Shown one piece after another: positions 42,385-52,785 of a stretch of DNA of 64,000 nt. A model generated the notes under the pieces. That model did no database searches, had not been told where the DNA came from, and saw nothing but the letters and a program-made list of their open reading frames with translations. The position numbers were made by a program, and so were the translations under genes. The stretch comes from Marinicella sp. Lineage in GTDB: Bacteria > Pseudomonadota > Gammaproteobacteria > Xanthomonadales > Marinicellaceae. Location of the stretch: the NCBI GenBank assembly GCA_965230295.1, contig OZ246001.1:1280001-1344000 (forward strand), read 5' to 3'. Every line of letters begins with the position of its first letter. Position 1 is the stretch's first letter.

Positions 42385-43623
42385 ATGAAAACTTCTCATG
42401 AAAAACATTTTGCCACCCAAGCCATCCATGCAGGCTATGATCCAAAATCCAACCAAGGAGCCCTGACCCCACCCATTCACGTCAGTTCCACTTATGCTTT
42501 TGATACAGTTGAACAAGGCGGTGCTGCCTTCCAGGGGGAGAATGATCGATTCATCTATGCCCGGCTTGGATCACCTTCACAACAAGTACTGGAACACAGG
42601 CTGGCACAACTGGAGCAAGCAGAAGCAGCGCTGGCTACCGCATCAGGTATGGGTGCCATCACCGCCACCATGTGGGCGTTGGTGAAACCAGGCGATGAAA
42701 TCATTGCTGATTTAAGTTTATACGGCTGTACCTTCAGTTTTCTCGAACATGGCCTGAAGTCATTTGGTATCAAGATTACTTACTTGAATTTATCGGACCC
42801 TAAAAATCTGGTGGATAACATGTCCTCAAAAACCAAATTGGTCTACTCGGAAACCCCCAGTAACCCCAACATGCGACTGGTTGATATCAAGGCTTTGGCT
42901 GATGTTACAAAACAACACGATTGTAAACTGATGATTGACAACACTTATTGCACACCCTACCTGCAAAACCCATTGGCCTTAGGTGCTGATTTGGTGGTGC
43001 ATTCAGCGACCAAATACCTCAGTGGGCATGGCGATTTGATCGCAGGGTTTGTGGCTGGTACGCAAGAAGACATTGACCACATTCGCCTGTTTGGTCTGAA
43101 AGACATGACCGGTGCTGTGATTTCTGGATTCGATGTGGCCTTGTTGTTGCGGGGCATCAAAACCTTACATGTGCGAATGGAACGCCACTGCGAAAATGCC
43201 CAACAAGTGGCCGAATACCTGGACCAATCACACCATGTCAAACGCACGTTTTACCCCGGCTTAAAAAACTTTCCCCAACAAGCACTGGCGCAGCAACAAA
43301 TGCATTTGTCAGGCGGCATGATCGCCTTTGAATTACACGCAACTCGTGAACAGTCGGCAAAATTTGTAAACAGCCTGAAAATGATTTTGTGCGCAGTCAG
43401 TCTCGGTGATGCCGAGACCTTGATTCAACACCCGGCTTCCATGACCCACTCAACTTATACCGAAGAAGAATTGTTGGCCCATTTAATCAGCCCCACTTTA
43501 ATCCGATTATCAGTCGGTTTGGAACACATTGATGACATCATCGCTGATTTAGATCAGGCTTTCGAATCGGTGTTTTCTTCACCCGCAGGGGTTGCTAACA
43601 AAGGATTGGCAATTTGGGCTTGA
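42385..43623 (+). CDS. mdeA: Methionine gamma-lyase
   Basis: FATQAIHAG, SGMGAI, LYGCT, HSATKYLSGHGD, AVSLGD, HPASMTH. Confidence 0.88.
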   Translation: MKTSHEKHFATQAIHAGYDPKSNQGALTPPIHVSSTYAFDTVEQGGAAFQGENDRFIYARLGSPSQQVLEHRLAQLEQAEAALATASGMGAITATMWALVKPGDEIIADLSLYGCTFSFLEHGLKSFGIKITYLNLSDPKNLVDNMSSKTKLVYSETPSNPNMRLVDIKALADVTKQHDCKLMIDNTYCTPYLQNPLALGADLVVHSATKYLSGHGDLIAGFVAGTQEDIDHIRLFGLKDMTGAVISGFDVALLLRGIKTLHVRMERHCENAQQVAEYLDQSHHVKRTFYPGLKNFPQQALAQQQMHLSGGMIAFELHATREQSAKFVNSLKMILCAVSLGDAETLIQHPASMTHSTYTEEELLAHLISPTLIRLSVGLEHIDDIIADLDQAFESVFSSPAGVANKGLAIWA

Positions 43624-45503
43624 TTTTTAAGCCCAATCACCAATTCTTGTAAATAATCTGCTGTTACTTGTTCTGGGGGCACCGGATCTCCGACCAGCAT
43701 TTCGACCTTGGCCATGAACTTTCTAGGCCTGCGGTCAATGACCTTTTTGTCATAACGAGACATCATGCTACCCCATAAGTTATTCAGAGCCATCGGTACC
43801 ACCGGCACTGGTGTTTCATTGATGATGCGTTCAATGCCTTTCTTGAATTGTCCAATTTGACCATCCGGGGTTAAACCACCTTCTGGAAAAATACACACCA
43901 CATCACCATCGGCCAAGGCTTCTCGGACCGAAGCAAACGCCGCTTCCATCATTTCAGGGTCTTCTTTGGCACTGGCTATGGGAATGGTTTTAGCGGCTTT
44001 GAACAAGAATCTCATGCCAAAGGTGTTGTAAATCTTGTGGTACATCACAAAGCGAGAAGGCCTCCTGACCCGACCCATGATGATGGCAGGATCAACGAAG
44101 CTGACATGGTTACATACCAACACAACCGGGCCTTCTGCCGGTATTTTTTCCAGGCCTTTGTACTTCACTCGATAGACCATTGAAACCAACAACCAAGCGA
44201 TCAAGCGCAGGATAAATTCCGGCACAATGGTAAAAATGTACAAACACACTATGACATGCAGCACCACAGTGATCATGAATAATTCTGGAATGCTCCATCC
44301 CAACACACCCAACACCACCATGCCAAGTATCGCAGCGACCACCATAAACATGGCGTTGATGATGTTGTTACCCGCGATGATGCGTGACACTTGGGTGGCA
44401 TCCGAGCGCTCCTGAACCAAGGAATACAAAGGGACAATGTATAAGCCGCCAAATACGCCAATCATGGCCAGATCAATACAAACCCTGTAGGCGCCGGGTA
44501 CTGCCATCACTGCATTGATACCCAAGTCGCTTAATTCTGAAACAGGCCACTGGTGGCTGACCCAATACAAATCAAAACCAAACCAAGCCAGGCCAACAGC
44601 TCCCACCGGCACCAAGCCAATTTCTACCCGCCGGCCAGAGAGTTTTTCACACAACAGGGAACCCAAGCCAATACCAATTGAGAACATGGTCAACAACAAC
44701 GTCACCACATGTTCATTACCACTGAGAACGGTGCGGGAAAAATTGGGCATTTGGGCCAGAAACACCGAACCAAAAAACCAAAACCAGGAAATGCCCAGCA
44801 CGGACAAGAACACCACCCTTTTTTCTGGCAAAATGCGCAGGTTTTTGGCCGTGGCACGCCACAGGTTCCAATCCAGTTTTATGGTGGGCTCAGCGGCTAC
44901 ACACAATGGGATGTTTCGTGCTGATAAATAACCCAAAGTCGCGAAGGTCACCACCGCCGCAGAAATCGGGATGAAAGAATCCAAAGCAATCAAAATTCCA
45001 CCCAAAATCGTGCCTAACAGGATTGAGATGAAGGTACTCGCTTCGACCAAACCATTTCCACCCATCAATTCATGATTACTTAATTTTTCCGGTAAATACC
45101 CGTATTTAACTGGTCCAAATAAAGTCGACTGTGACCCCATCAAGAACAACACGAAAATCAACAACGGAACACTGTTCAAATAAAAGCCCACCGATGCCAA
45201 TAACATGATAGAAATCTCTACCATTTTGACCCGTCTGATCAAAATCGATTTTTCAAACTTATCAGCCACCTGGCCAGCAAAGGCTGAAAATAAAAAGAAT
45301 GGCAGGATAAATAAGCCAAATGCCAGGTTGGTCAGGATATCAACTTGATCTTCAGCCACCCGAAATGCAATCATGATGACCAAAGCATTCTTAAAGACAT
45401 TGTCATTGAAAGCACCAAAAAACTGGGTTAAAAAGAAGGGTAAAAAGCGACGTTGCTTGAGTAATTGAAATTGTGATTTATCTGACATGTTTAACTGGGT
45501 CAA
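43554..45503 (-). CDS. MFS lysophospholipid transporter fused to acyltransferase (LplT/Aas-like)
   Basis: FNDNVFK MFS N-terminus; NHVSFVD and FPEG acyltransferase motifs. Confidence 0.9.
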   Translation of the reverse strand: MTQLNMSDKSQFQLLKQRRFLPFFLTQFFGAFNDNVFKNALVIMIAFRVAEDQVDILTNLAFGLFILPFFLFSAFAGQVADKFEKSILIRRVKMVEISIMLLASVGFYLNSVPLLIFVLFLMGSQSTLFGPVKYGYLPEKLSNHELMGGNGLVEASTFISILLGTILGGILIALDSFIPISAAVVTFATLGYLSARNIPLCVAAEPTIKLDWNLWRATAKNLRILPEKRVVFLSVLGISWFWFFGSVFLAQMPNFSRTVLSGNEHVVTLLLTMFSIGIGLGSLLCEKLSGRRVEIGLVPVGAVGLAWFGFDLYWVSHQWPVSELSDLGINAVMAVPGAYRVCIDLAMIGVFGGLYIVPLYSLVQERSDATQVSRIIAGNNIINAMFMVVAAILGMVVLGVLGWSIPELFMITVVLHVIVCLYIFTIVPEFILRLIAWLLVSMVYRVKYKGLEKIPAEGPVVLVCNHVSFVDPAIIMGRVRRPSRFVMYHKIYNTFGMRFLFKAAKTIPIASAKEDPEMMEAAFASVREALADGDVVCIFPEGGLTPDGQIGQFKKGIERIINETPVPVVPMALNNLWGSMMSRYDKKVIDRRPRKFMAKVEMLVGDPVPPEQVTADYLQELVIGLKNQAQIANPLLATPAGEENTDSKA

Positions 45504-45608
45504 TAAGTAAGGTGGTCAGTTTAGCATTCCTCAGGGCTCTTGCCAGCAACATTTCAATCAGCTGCACACCAAGCAACTTCGGTGTTGTCTGGTGATACTG
45601 TAACAACA

Positions 45609-46964
45609 TCAATCTTCAATGTCTGCAACGAACTGTTTGATGACAACCGATTCAAGCACCAATGACTCGCCGGCCTCAACCAATTGATCCACTTCTGCGG
45701 TGGGCAGTTGCAAAGCAGTTTCAATCGCTGCCAGTTCCGAAGAACCAGGTTCACCCACATGACTGAAATTCAATTCCGTGGTGTAAATTTTGAAATCATC
45801 ACAATCTGCGCTGAAAAACTCCGCACAACGCCCTTGCTGCACTTCTTGTTCCCACCTTGGCACACTCAGTTCCAATAAATCCAAAGTGTCGGCATTGTAG
45901 TTTTGCGATTGGATGGTGGTGGCTGCATCTAACGTTTGGGCTGCACTGGGTGTTTTGGCTGACTTTGATAACTCTGGATTTAATGTGGCCGCTGCATTGA
46001 CCACCACAAACAAAACTTTTTTGGTGTTGGTCAAGCGATAAGCCTTGAGTGCTTTCCAAAAGTTATCGTCCTGAATATAGATTTGATTCAACAAAGCCCT
46101 GACGCCTAAATTATCAGCCACACCACCATCAACCAGATGTAGGTATGGATGCGTCTGCTTATTGCGGAAACTTCTGATCTTCAGAGCCTGGTGCTTGTAT
46201 CTGACATCGTCATGCACCGCCTTGTCCTGATAGACAAACGGATCACACCCGTCATAATTTTCCAACATCACTGGCGAAAACAAGACCGGTACCGCTGATG
46301 AAGCAGTCACGGCTTTTCCCACTGGGAACGTGGCCAAATCTGAACACAACCAGCGAAAATGATCATCAGTGAACGTGAAACCAGTCCCTGTGGCCACATC
46401 GGTGGCATTGATCAAAATACCTGGACCATCAACACGCATATCAGCGAATGTTTTGTCTTTAAAAATATGTTTTTGGTAATACTGGGTGGTCAAATCACTG
46501 CGACTGAACCCTCCCGACATGAAGCGAAACCAATTGATCGGGTTGATAAAAAAACGTCTGGCTAAACGACTTTGTAAACTAGTTTTCAAAAAATCCGACT
46601 CAAAATCGGTGAACAATTTGTCACCGAACAAACCATAATAAGCTGAAGTGAAACTGCCACCGGACACCGATGAAATCACATCCACCAAAGCCAAAAGTTC
46701 AACCTGGTGTTGGCTGTTCAGTTGTACAGGCGTGGCCCGCAACCCTTTCATCACACCATAGGCAAATGCCGCAGCCCGTGTGCCACCACCAGAAAAAGTT
46801 AAAATAACAGTCACATCGTCATTGTGTCCGTACGAGCCGAATCGTTCTGGCAATGTCAACATTTTGGAGGCTTCATTCAGAGGCTTATTCTGGGCCTGTT
46901 TGTTGGCCGCGCAGCTGAGCATCAAAATCGATGCCAGTAACAAAAAACACAATCGACTCATCAT
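45609..46964 (-). CDS. Patatin-like phospholipase, lipoprotein
   Basis: Lipobox MLSC, SGGGTRA, SVSGG, DGG. Confidence 0.87.
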   Translation of the reverse strand: MMSRLCFLLLASILMLSCAANKQAQNKPLNEASKMLTLPERFGSYGHNDDVTVILTFSGGGTRAAAFAYGVMKGLRATPVQLNSQHQVELLALVDVISSVSGGSFTSAYYGLFGDKLFTDFESDFLKTSLQSRLARRFFINPINWFRFMSGGFSRSDLTTQYYQKHIFKDKTFADMRVDGPGILINATDVATGTGFTFTDDHFRWLCSDLATFPVGKAVTASSAVPVLFSPVMLENYDGCDPFVYQDKAVHDDVRYKHQALKIRSFRNKQTHPYLHLVDGGVADNLGVRALLNQIYIQDDNFWKALKAYRLTNTKKVLFVVVNAAATLNPELSKSAKTPSAAQTLDAATTIQSQNYNADTLDLLELSVPRWEQEVQQGRCAEFFSADCDDFKIYTTELNFSHVGEPGSSELAAIETALQLPTAEVDQLVEAGESLVLESVVIKQFVADIED

Positions 46965-47013
46965 CCAGTTTTCAAACCTTGGTAGCTCAAGGTCATTCTA
47001 GCATGCCTGAGCA

Positions 47014-47352
47014 TCAACCTGCTGGATGGCGCCACAAAGCCCTGAACAACAACAACCAACACAGTCCATCAAACAGGGCTATGCCAGCATACCAGAACAT
47101 CACCATGCCAGAAGTTTGCATGGCCACGGCCATGGCCCAAATGGCCACTCCCATCACTGGTATAAAAGCCAGAAAAGCCAACCAGCGCCAACCTAAATAC
47201 AAACCTTTGGCAGTCACCAAACCCAACAGACCAAAGGCCGCCATCAAGTATGTGCTGTTATGTAGACCTGCCACCAACAACAAAGTGATTTGCAACACCG
47301 AGCAAGCCACCATGCACAAGGCTGAAGAATGAAATGCTTCGTTATGATTCAT
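47014..47352 (-). CDS. Small membrane protein
   Basis: Four hydrophobic segments; overlaps the upstream gene stop. Confidence 0.65.
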   Translation of the reverse strand: MNHNEAFHSSALCMVACSVLQITLLLVAGLHNSTYLMAAFGLLGLVTAKGLYLGWRWLAFLAFIPVMGVAIWAMAVAMQTSGMVMFWYAGIALFDGLCWLLLFRALWRHPAG

Positions 47353-47986
47353 CGGCTTGCTCCTGTAAGGTTAAAGATTCGACTGGATCGTCACCAGGAC
47401 ATGGCAAACCAGCCACGCCCCATGACAGGATATCAGTCACATGCTCTTTCAATGAATAAGGCGCAGGTTCCCGATCTCCTCCTGGGTGCCAAGCCCAATG
47501 CAAGATCACATCATGACCCAAATGGGCAGCAATGTCTTCATAGGTTCGATTGCCATTGCTTTCGGGGTCTCTGAGCTGTTGACAGATTTCATCCGAACTT
47601 TTGCCAAACCAGGCCGCTTCAACAGGTGCCAAACGCCAGGGTGATTGAACACCGGGTGCTCCATGTGCGGCCTCACTTGTGCTGCTGGTGTGGCAGGTAC
47701 TGCACAACAAAGATTCAGCCCCGATGCGACTGGTTCCCGCGTTGATGTTCATACCATGGCGTTGGGTTTTCCCATAACTGGGACCCGACCACATAGGATA
47801 GGGGCTGTCGCCCACATGGCAGTTGGCACACCTGGGATGTGAAGCCACTGCATAAATCCTTTGCCAACTGACCAATCCTTGCTCTCGACTGACACTGCCC
47901 TCGGCAGGCGCCTCTGGCAACTCAAGTTCTGCAGCCAAACTGCATCCAATACCCAAAACCAACATCAGAATGATAGATTTCATCAT
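47342..47986 (-). CDS. Ior-associated c-type cytochrome subunit
   Basis: RBS AAGGAGG, signal peptide, HPRCANCH and CSTCH heme motifs; start at MMKS. Confidence 0.82.
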   Translation of the reverse strand: MMKSIILMLVLGIGCSLAAELELPEAPAEGSVSREQGLVSWQRIYAVASHPRCANCHVGDSPYPMWSGPSYGKTQRHGMNINAGTSRIGAESLLCSTCHTSSTSEAAHGAPGVQSPWRLAPVEAAWFGKSSDEICQQLRDPESNGNRTYEDIAAHLGHDVILHWAWHPGGDREPAPYSLKEHVTDILSWGVAGLPCPGDDPVESLTLQEQADES

Positions 47987-47996
47987 GGCAGCCTCC

Positions 47997-50237
47997 TTAA
48001 ACAAAATCGATGTGATGGTTGAACGGCATTTCACGGATCCGCTGACCTGTTGCCGCAAAAATGGCATTGGCCAAGGCAGGGGCCGCCGGAGGTACAGGCG
48101 GCTCACCGATGCCCCTGACTTGTTTGGCATTTTCCAAGCCTTTGACCACAATTTTGGGGCATTGGTGCATGCGCATGCCTTCATGTTGGTGGTAATTGTG
48201 TTGCTGTGCTCGACCATCGGCATAGGTGATTTCACAATTCATGGCATGACCCAAACCCCAGACCACACCACCTTTGACCAGGTTATCGAAGTTAATTGGA
48301 TCAATCACTTGACCCACGTCAGCCACCACAGTGACTTGATCGATTCTGATTCCGCGGTCTGTGTTGGTGACCTCAACCACTTCAGCCACAGGCACCCCAA
48401 AGGATTGAACCAAAGCAATGCCCCGACCTTGGTTAGGACCCAAAGGCTGATCCCAGCCAGCAAGTTTACCGGCCTCAATCAACACTTGCTTGGCCACTTC
48501 ATCGTTACATAAACGGATGCGTTCGGCCAGCGGATCTGCGCCCGCAGCATGGATCAATTCATCCAACACACTGTCTGCAAAAAAACCGGCTGTGGATGCA
48601 CCCACTGAACGCCATGACGAAGTGGGCGCCAATTCGGGAACTCGATAGGCACTGACTTTGAAATTGGGTATCGCATACGGCAAGTTCCAGGCCCCTTCGG
48701 TGATTTGTTTGTCGGGCCCAGGCATGGGCATGTCCATGCGCTTACCTTGTGAACTGGAAGAAGATACGGTGGCCACTTGCAAGTCCATGGCCATCACTTT
48801 TCCATCGGCAACTTGACCTTGTCCTCTGGCCATGCCGATTTGCCGGGTGAAGTCTTGCGCAAAATCCTGCTCTCTGGAAAAGGTTAATTTAATGGTTTGG
48901 CCTGGCATTTGCTGACCAATTTCAGCGGCCAAAATGACATTTTCAAATTCCAATCGATGACCAAAACTACCACCAGCATACTGTTGATGAATGTGAACCC
49001 TGGATTCATCGACACCAGTGATGGCGGCGACTTTTTGTAACACAAAGCGTGGAATTTGGTGCGCCACCCACACATCAACCTGTTGTTCTGTGTATTTAAT
49101 CACTGCATTCAATGGTTCCAACGGTTGGTGAGCCACATAGGGTGCTTTGTACTCAACATCGACTTGAGCACCAGATTGCAGCGCCTCTGACGCATCTCCC
49201 TCATCTAGCCACACTTTATCCAGCCGCTCTTCGGTGAATGAATCAGCGACGGCCTGCCAATGAGCTGCCTGTTCAGCTGGGTAAGGTGCCTCTGCCCATT
49301 CGCATTGAATGGCTTCAGCCGCTTTGAAAGCACGCCATGAATTATCAGCCACCACGGCAACGCCGTTGGTCACTTTCAGTGTCTGTTTGACACCGCGCAT
49401 GATTTTGGCTTGACTGTCATCATATGAATTCAATTGAGCCCCTTTTCTTGGGTTGATGCTAACGGCAGCAAATAACATGTCCTTAAGAGACAGGTCAATC
49501 CCATAATCTAATGTCCCGGTGGACTTACTGATCACATCCAATCGTTGCATCGGCTGGCCCAACAGACGCCAATCTTTCGGATCTCTCAAGGTGTCATGGT
49601 GAACGGGTGTTATTTCAGCGGCGAGACCAGCCAATTGGGTATACGGTATGCGCTGCCCATCTGGCAACACCACGGCACCAGCGCTTGTTGTCAGTTCCTC
49701 AATGGCAACATCCGTTTGGATTGAAGCGGCCAACTTAAGTGTTTCTCGAGCTGTGGCACCAGCAACCCTTAATTTATCCAAAGAATCTGGAATGGTGGTT
49801 GAACCCCCGGTAACCTGAAAACCCATGATTTTAACCATTGATCCCATCAAACCTCGCATGGTTTCTGCAGTTAAACTGGTATCAGTCGATCTAAAAGGTA
49901 CTGTTTCTGAGGCCATGGCTGTGTTGAAATAGGCCGCATCAGGCACACCAAAACTGATGTCAAACTGGTCCATTTCCAAATCCAGTTCCTCGGCGATCAT
50001 GGCTGCTTGCACTGAGGCCACACCTTGACCCATGTCCATATGTGGAACGATCAAAGTGATCTTTTCCTCACTGATCAAGACCCAAGGATTGAATGTCGCT
50101 TCACCTTTTTTCAGACCAGCTGCCAATGGGTTATCGACCGACTTATTGGCCAAAAAAGTACCGAAGGCCACACCACCAGCTATGACTGAGGAGCCCACCA
50201 AAAAGGTGCGACGGGTGATGGTTTTCAATGCCCCCAT
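47997..50237 (-). CDS. iorB: Isoquinoline 1-oxidoreductase-type molybdopterin subunit
   Basis: Tat motif TRRTFL, MGQG, TGGS, GGSFG, GIGEPPVPP. Confidence 0.9.
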   Translation of the reverse strand: MGALKTITRRTFLVGSSVIAGGVAFGTFLANKSVDNPLAAGLKKGEATFNPWVLISEEKITLIVPHMDMGQGVASVQAAMIAEELDLEMDQFDISFGVPDAAYFNTAMASETVPFRSTDTSLTAETMRGLMGSMVKIMGFQVTGGSTTIPDSLDKLRVAGATARETLKLAASIQTDVAIEELTTSAGAVVLPDGQRIPYTQLAGLAAEITPVHHDTLRDPKDWRLLGQPMQRLDVISKSTGTLDYGIDLSLKDMLFAAVSINPRKGAQLNSYDDSQAKIMRGVKQTLKVTNGVAVVADNSWRAFKAAEAIQCEWAEAPYPAEQAAHWQAVADSFTEERLDKVWLDEGDASEALQSGAQVDVEYKAPYVAHQPLEPLNAVIKYTEQQVDVWVAHQIPRFVLQKVAAITGVDESRVHIHQQYAGGSFGHRLEFENVILAAEIGQQMPGQTIKLTFSREQDFAQDFTRQIGMARGQGQVADGKVMAMDLQVATVSSSSSQGKRMDMPMPGPDKQITEGAWNLPYAIPNFKVSAYRVPELAPTSSWRSVGASTAGFFADSVLDELIHAAGADPLAERIRLCNDEVAKQVLIEAGKLAGWDQPLGPNQGRGIALVQSFGVPVAEVVEVTNTDRGIRIDQVTVVADVGQVIDPINFDNLVKGGVVWGLGHAMNCEITYADGRAQQHNYHQHEGMRMHQCPKIVVKGLENAKQVRGIGEPPVPPAAPALANAIFAATGQRIREMPFNHHIDFV

Positions 50238-50238
50238 C

Positions 50239-50709
50239 TCACACCTCCCCACGCAACTTGGCCGCTGCAGTTTTCACCGCCTCGCGGATTCTCGGATAGG
50301 TCCCACAACGACACAAGTTGGCGGACATGGCCAAATCAATGTCATCATCGCTGGGGTTGGGCTTGAATTTCAAAAATGATGCAGCTGACATGATTTGGCC
50401 AGACTGGCAATAGCCACATTGTGCCACCTGGTGTTCCACCCAAGCCGCTTGCACTGCATGCAAAGTTTCAGGGTCACCTAAACCCTCGATGGTGGTAATT
50501 TCTCGACCTGCAGCCTCACCAGCGCGTAGCTGACAGGAACGGACCGCCAGTCCATCCATGTGGACGGTACAAGCACCGCACTGAGCAATACCACAACCGT
50601 ATTTAGTGCCGGTTAAATTCAATTCATCTCTAAGCACCCACAACAAAGGCATGTCTTCTTCAACATCAACCTCATGCGAGACACCATTAATAGTTATTTG
50701 CATCATCAA
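50239..50709 (-). CDS. iorA: 2Fe-2S subunit
   Basis: [25 protein letters not shown]. Confidence 0.93.
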   Translation of the reverse strand: MMMQITINGVSHEVDVEEDMPLLWVLRDELNLTGTKYGCGIAQCGACTVHMDGLAVRSCQLRAGEAAGREITTIEGLGDPETLHAVQAAWVEHQVAQCGYCQSGQIMSAASFLKFKPNPSDDDIDLAMSANLCRCGTYPRIREAVKTAAAKLRGEV

Positions 50710-50775
50710 CCCCTGAGTGTATTTCCCTATGATTTTAAACGATTTAGTGACACTTGAGCAGATGTTTACTCAGAT

Positions 50776-50883
50776 TGGCACACTTTGCCAGTCAATGGCA
50801 CACTTTGCATGTGATCAACAACCGGCTGACTAACCAGTGGCAACACTTGGCACCAATGGATGGTCAACTGGCGCCATTGGATG
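50776..50883. promoter_or_regulatory. Two pairs of direct repeats, candidate AraC-family operators
   Basis: TGGCACACTTTGC at 50776 and 50796; TGGCRCCAWTGGATG at 50848 and 50869. Confidence 0.6.
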
Positions 50884-50939
50884 ATGTGTTTTACATTGAA
50901 AAGCAGATAATTGAAACACACGAACTACGGAGCACAACC

Positions 50940-51734
50940 ATGAATAACAACACTGCACTGATCACCGGTGCTTCTGGCGGCATCGGCAAAGAACTGGCCA
51001 GAATCCACGCACAAAATGGCGGCGACATGGTATTGGTCGCCAGATCAGTCGATCAGCTGAAAGCGCTGAAAACCGAATTAGAAACTCAACATGACATCAA
51101 TGTACACGTCATTGCCGAAGACCTCAGTGTGGCAGGCGCTGCTGAGCGGGTCTTTCAAGCCACTGAAGGGAAGGGGTTGAATATTGAGATGTTGATCAAC
51201 AATGCCGGCTTTGGCTCACATGGTTTTTTTCATGAACAAAGCTTGGAAAAACAACAAGCCATGATGCACCTGAACATGGTGACCTTGACCGAATTAACCC
51301 ACAAATATTTACCAGCCATGGTGCGAAATCAACAAGGCAAAATTCTCAATGTGTCATCCACCGCCTCCTTCATTCCCGGCCCATTACAAGCGGTTTACTA
51401 CGCCACCAAAGCTTACGTGACATCATTCAGTCAAGCCTTGGCTGAAGAACTGAAAGATTCAAACATCACGGTAACTGCATTGTGTCCAGGCGCAGTGGCC
51501 ACCGGGTTTGTCGAAGCGGGTAATTTGGAGGGCGTTGATGCTTGGAAACAAGCCAAATCTGCCCGTTCGGTGGCAGCCTGTGGCTATCAAGCCATGCAAC
51601 TAGGCCAACTGTTGGCGTTCAACGAAGGTCGTTTAAAGTTTTTACTGAACTGGATCACTCCTTTGATGCCGAGACAAACACTGTTGAAAATGTCTCGACA
51701 GATGATGGAAAAGAACCTGGCTACTGAGGTATAG
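50940..51734 (+). CDS. SDR oxidoreductase
   Basis: TGASGGIG, NNAG, YYATK; RBS GGAG before ATG 50940. Confidence 0.92.
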   Translation: MNNNTALITGASGGIGKELARIHAQNGGDMVLVARSVDQLKALKTELETQHDINVHVIAEDLSVAGAAERVFQATEGKGLNIEMLINNAGFGSHGFFHEQSLEKQQAMMHLNMVTLTELTHKYLPAMVRNQQGKILNVSSTASFIPGPLQAVYYATKAYVTSFSQALAEELKDSNITVTALCPGAVATGFVEAGNLEGVDAWKQAKSARSVAACGYQAMQLGQLLAFNEGRLKFLLNWITPLMPRQTLLKMSRQMMEKNLATEV

Positions 51735-51741
51735 TTTTGCC

Positions 51742-52734
51742 ATGAAAAGAGCCACTCATTTCACTTTTTCACCCTCCTGGAAAGTGCTGTTGAACGACAT
51801 GGGCATAGATCCGGCAGATGCTTTGGTGGCTGCCGGATTACCTGCTGACCTGTTCAACCAAGCCCATGCCCAACTATCTGCCGTAGAGTATTTTCGTTTC
51901 TGGCAAGGGATTGAACACGTAACTGGTCCGAAAAATCTGCCCCTTTTGCTGGCTGATAACTTGAGTATTGAGAGTTTTGATCCGGCCATATTTGCCAGTA
52001 TTTGCAGCCAAAACCTGAACCAGGCTGTGGTGCGAATCAGTAAATACAAACCGTTGATTGGCCCCATGGTATTAGAACCGCAAATCAATGAGCAGCAAAC
52101 CCAATTACTGATTTCTTGTTATGGCTTTGCAACATCCTTGCCACAATCGTTTGAATTGACTGAGTTGGCGTTCTATACTCAATTGGCTCGTTTGGCAACC
52201 CGATATCACATCCAACCAACAGCCCTCACTTTGTCTGAACTTCCTGAGGATATGACGCCTTATGAACATTTTTTTGGTTGTCGCTTAATGAGGGCGCCAC
52301 AAGTCAGCATCACTTTCAGTGCTGCGGATGCGAATCGGCCCTTTTTAACTTCCAATGCCACCATGTGGTCTTTTTTCAAAACCAACTTGAACCAGCGCCT
52401 GAAAGATATGGACCAAGCCGCTAAAATCAGTGACCGGGTCAAGGCTGTGTTGATTGAGGCCTTACCTTGTGGCGAATCTTCCATTGCGCTCATTGCCAAA
52501 AGGCTGGCCATGAGTAAACGTACCTTGCAGCGCAAGCTCAGTGAAGAAGCCCGAACCTATCAGTCGGTATTGCAGCAGGTCAGATCAGACCTGGCTGATC
52601 ATTACTTGCGATACTCAGAACTGCCATTGGCTGAAATTTCTTTTCTGTTGGGCTTCCAGGAAACCAACTCGTTTTTCCGCGCCTACAGCAACTGGAAAGG
52701 CATCACTCCCAGCCAGTACCGGGCAGCCCACTAA
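51742..52734 (+). CDS. AraC-family regulator
   Basis: MSKRTLQRKL, EISFLLGF, GITPSQYR. Confidence 0.93.
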   Translation: MKRATHFTFSPSWKVLLNDMGIDPADALVAAGLPADLFNQAHAQLSAVEYFRFWQGIEHVTGPKNLPLLLADNLSIESFDPAIFASICSQNLNQAVVRISKYKPLIGPMVLEPQINEQQTQLLISCYGFATSLPQSFELTELAFYTQLARLATRYHIQPTALTLSELPEDMTPYEHFFGCRLMRAPQVSITFSAADANRPFLTSNATMWSFFKTNLNQRLKDMDQAAKISDRVKAVLIEALPCGESSIALIAKRLAMSKRTLQRKLSEEARTYQSVLQQVRSDLADHYLRYSELPLAEISFLLGFQETNSFFRAYSNWKGITPSQYRAAH

Positions 52735-52785
52735 ACAACCTATTTAGTTTGGAACAGCTTCCTGCTTTTCAGCTACAATCATGAC

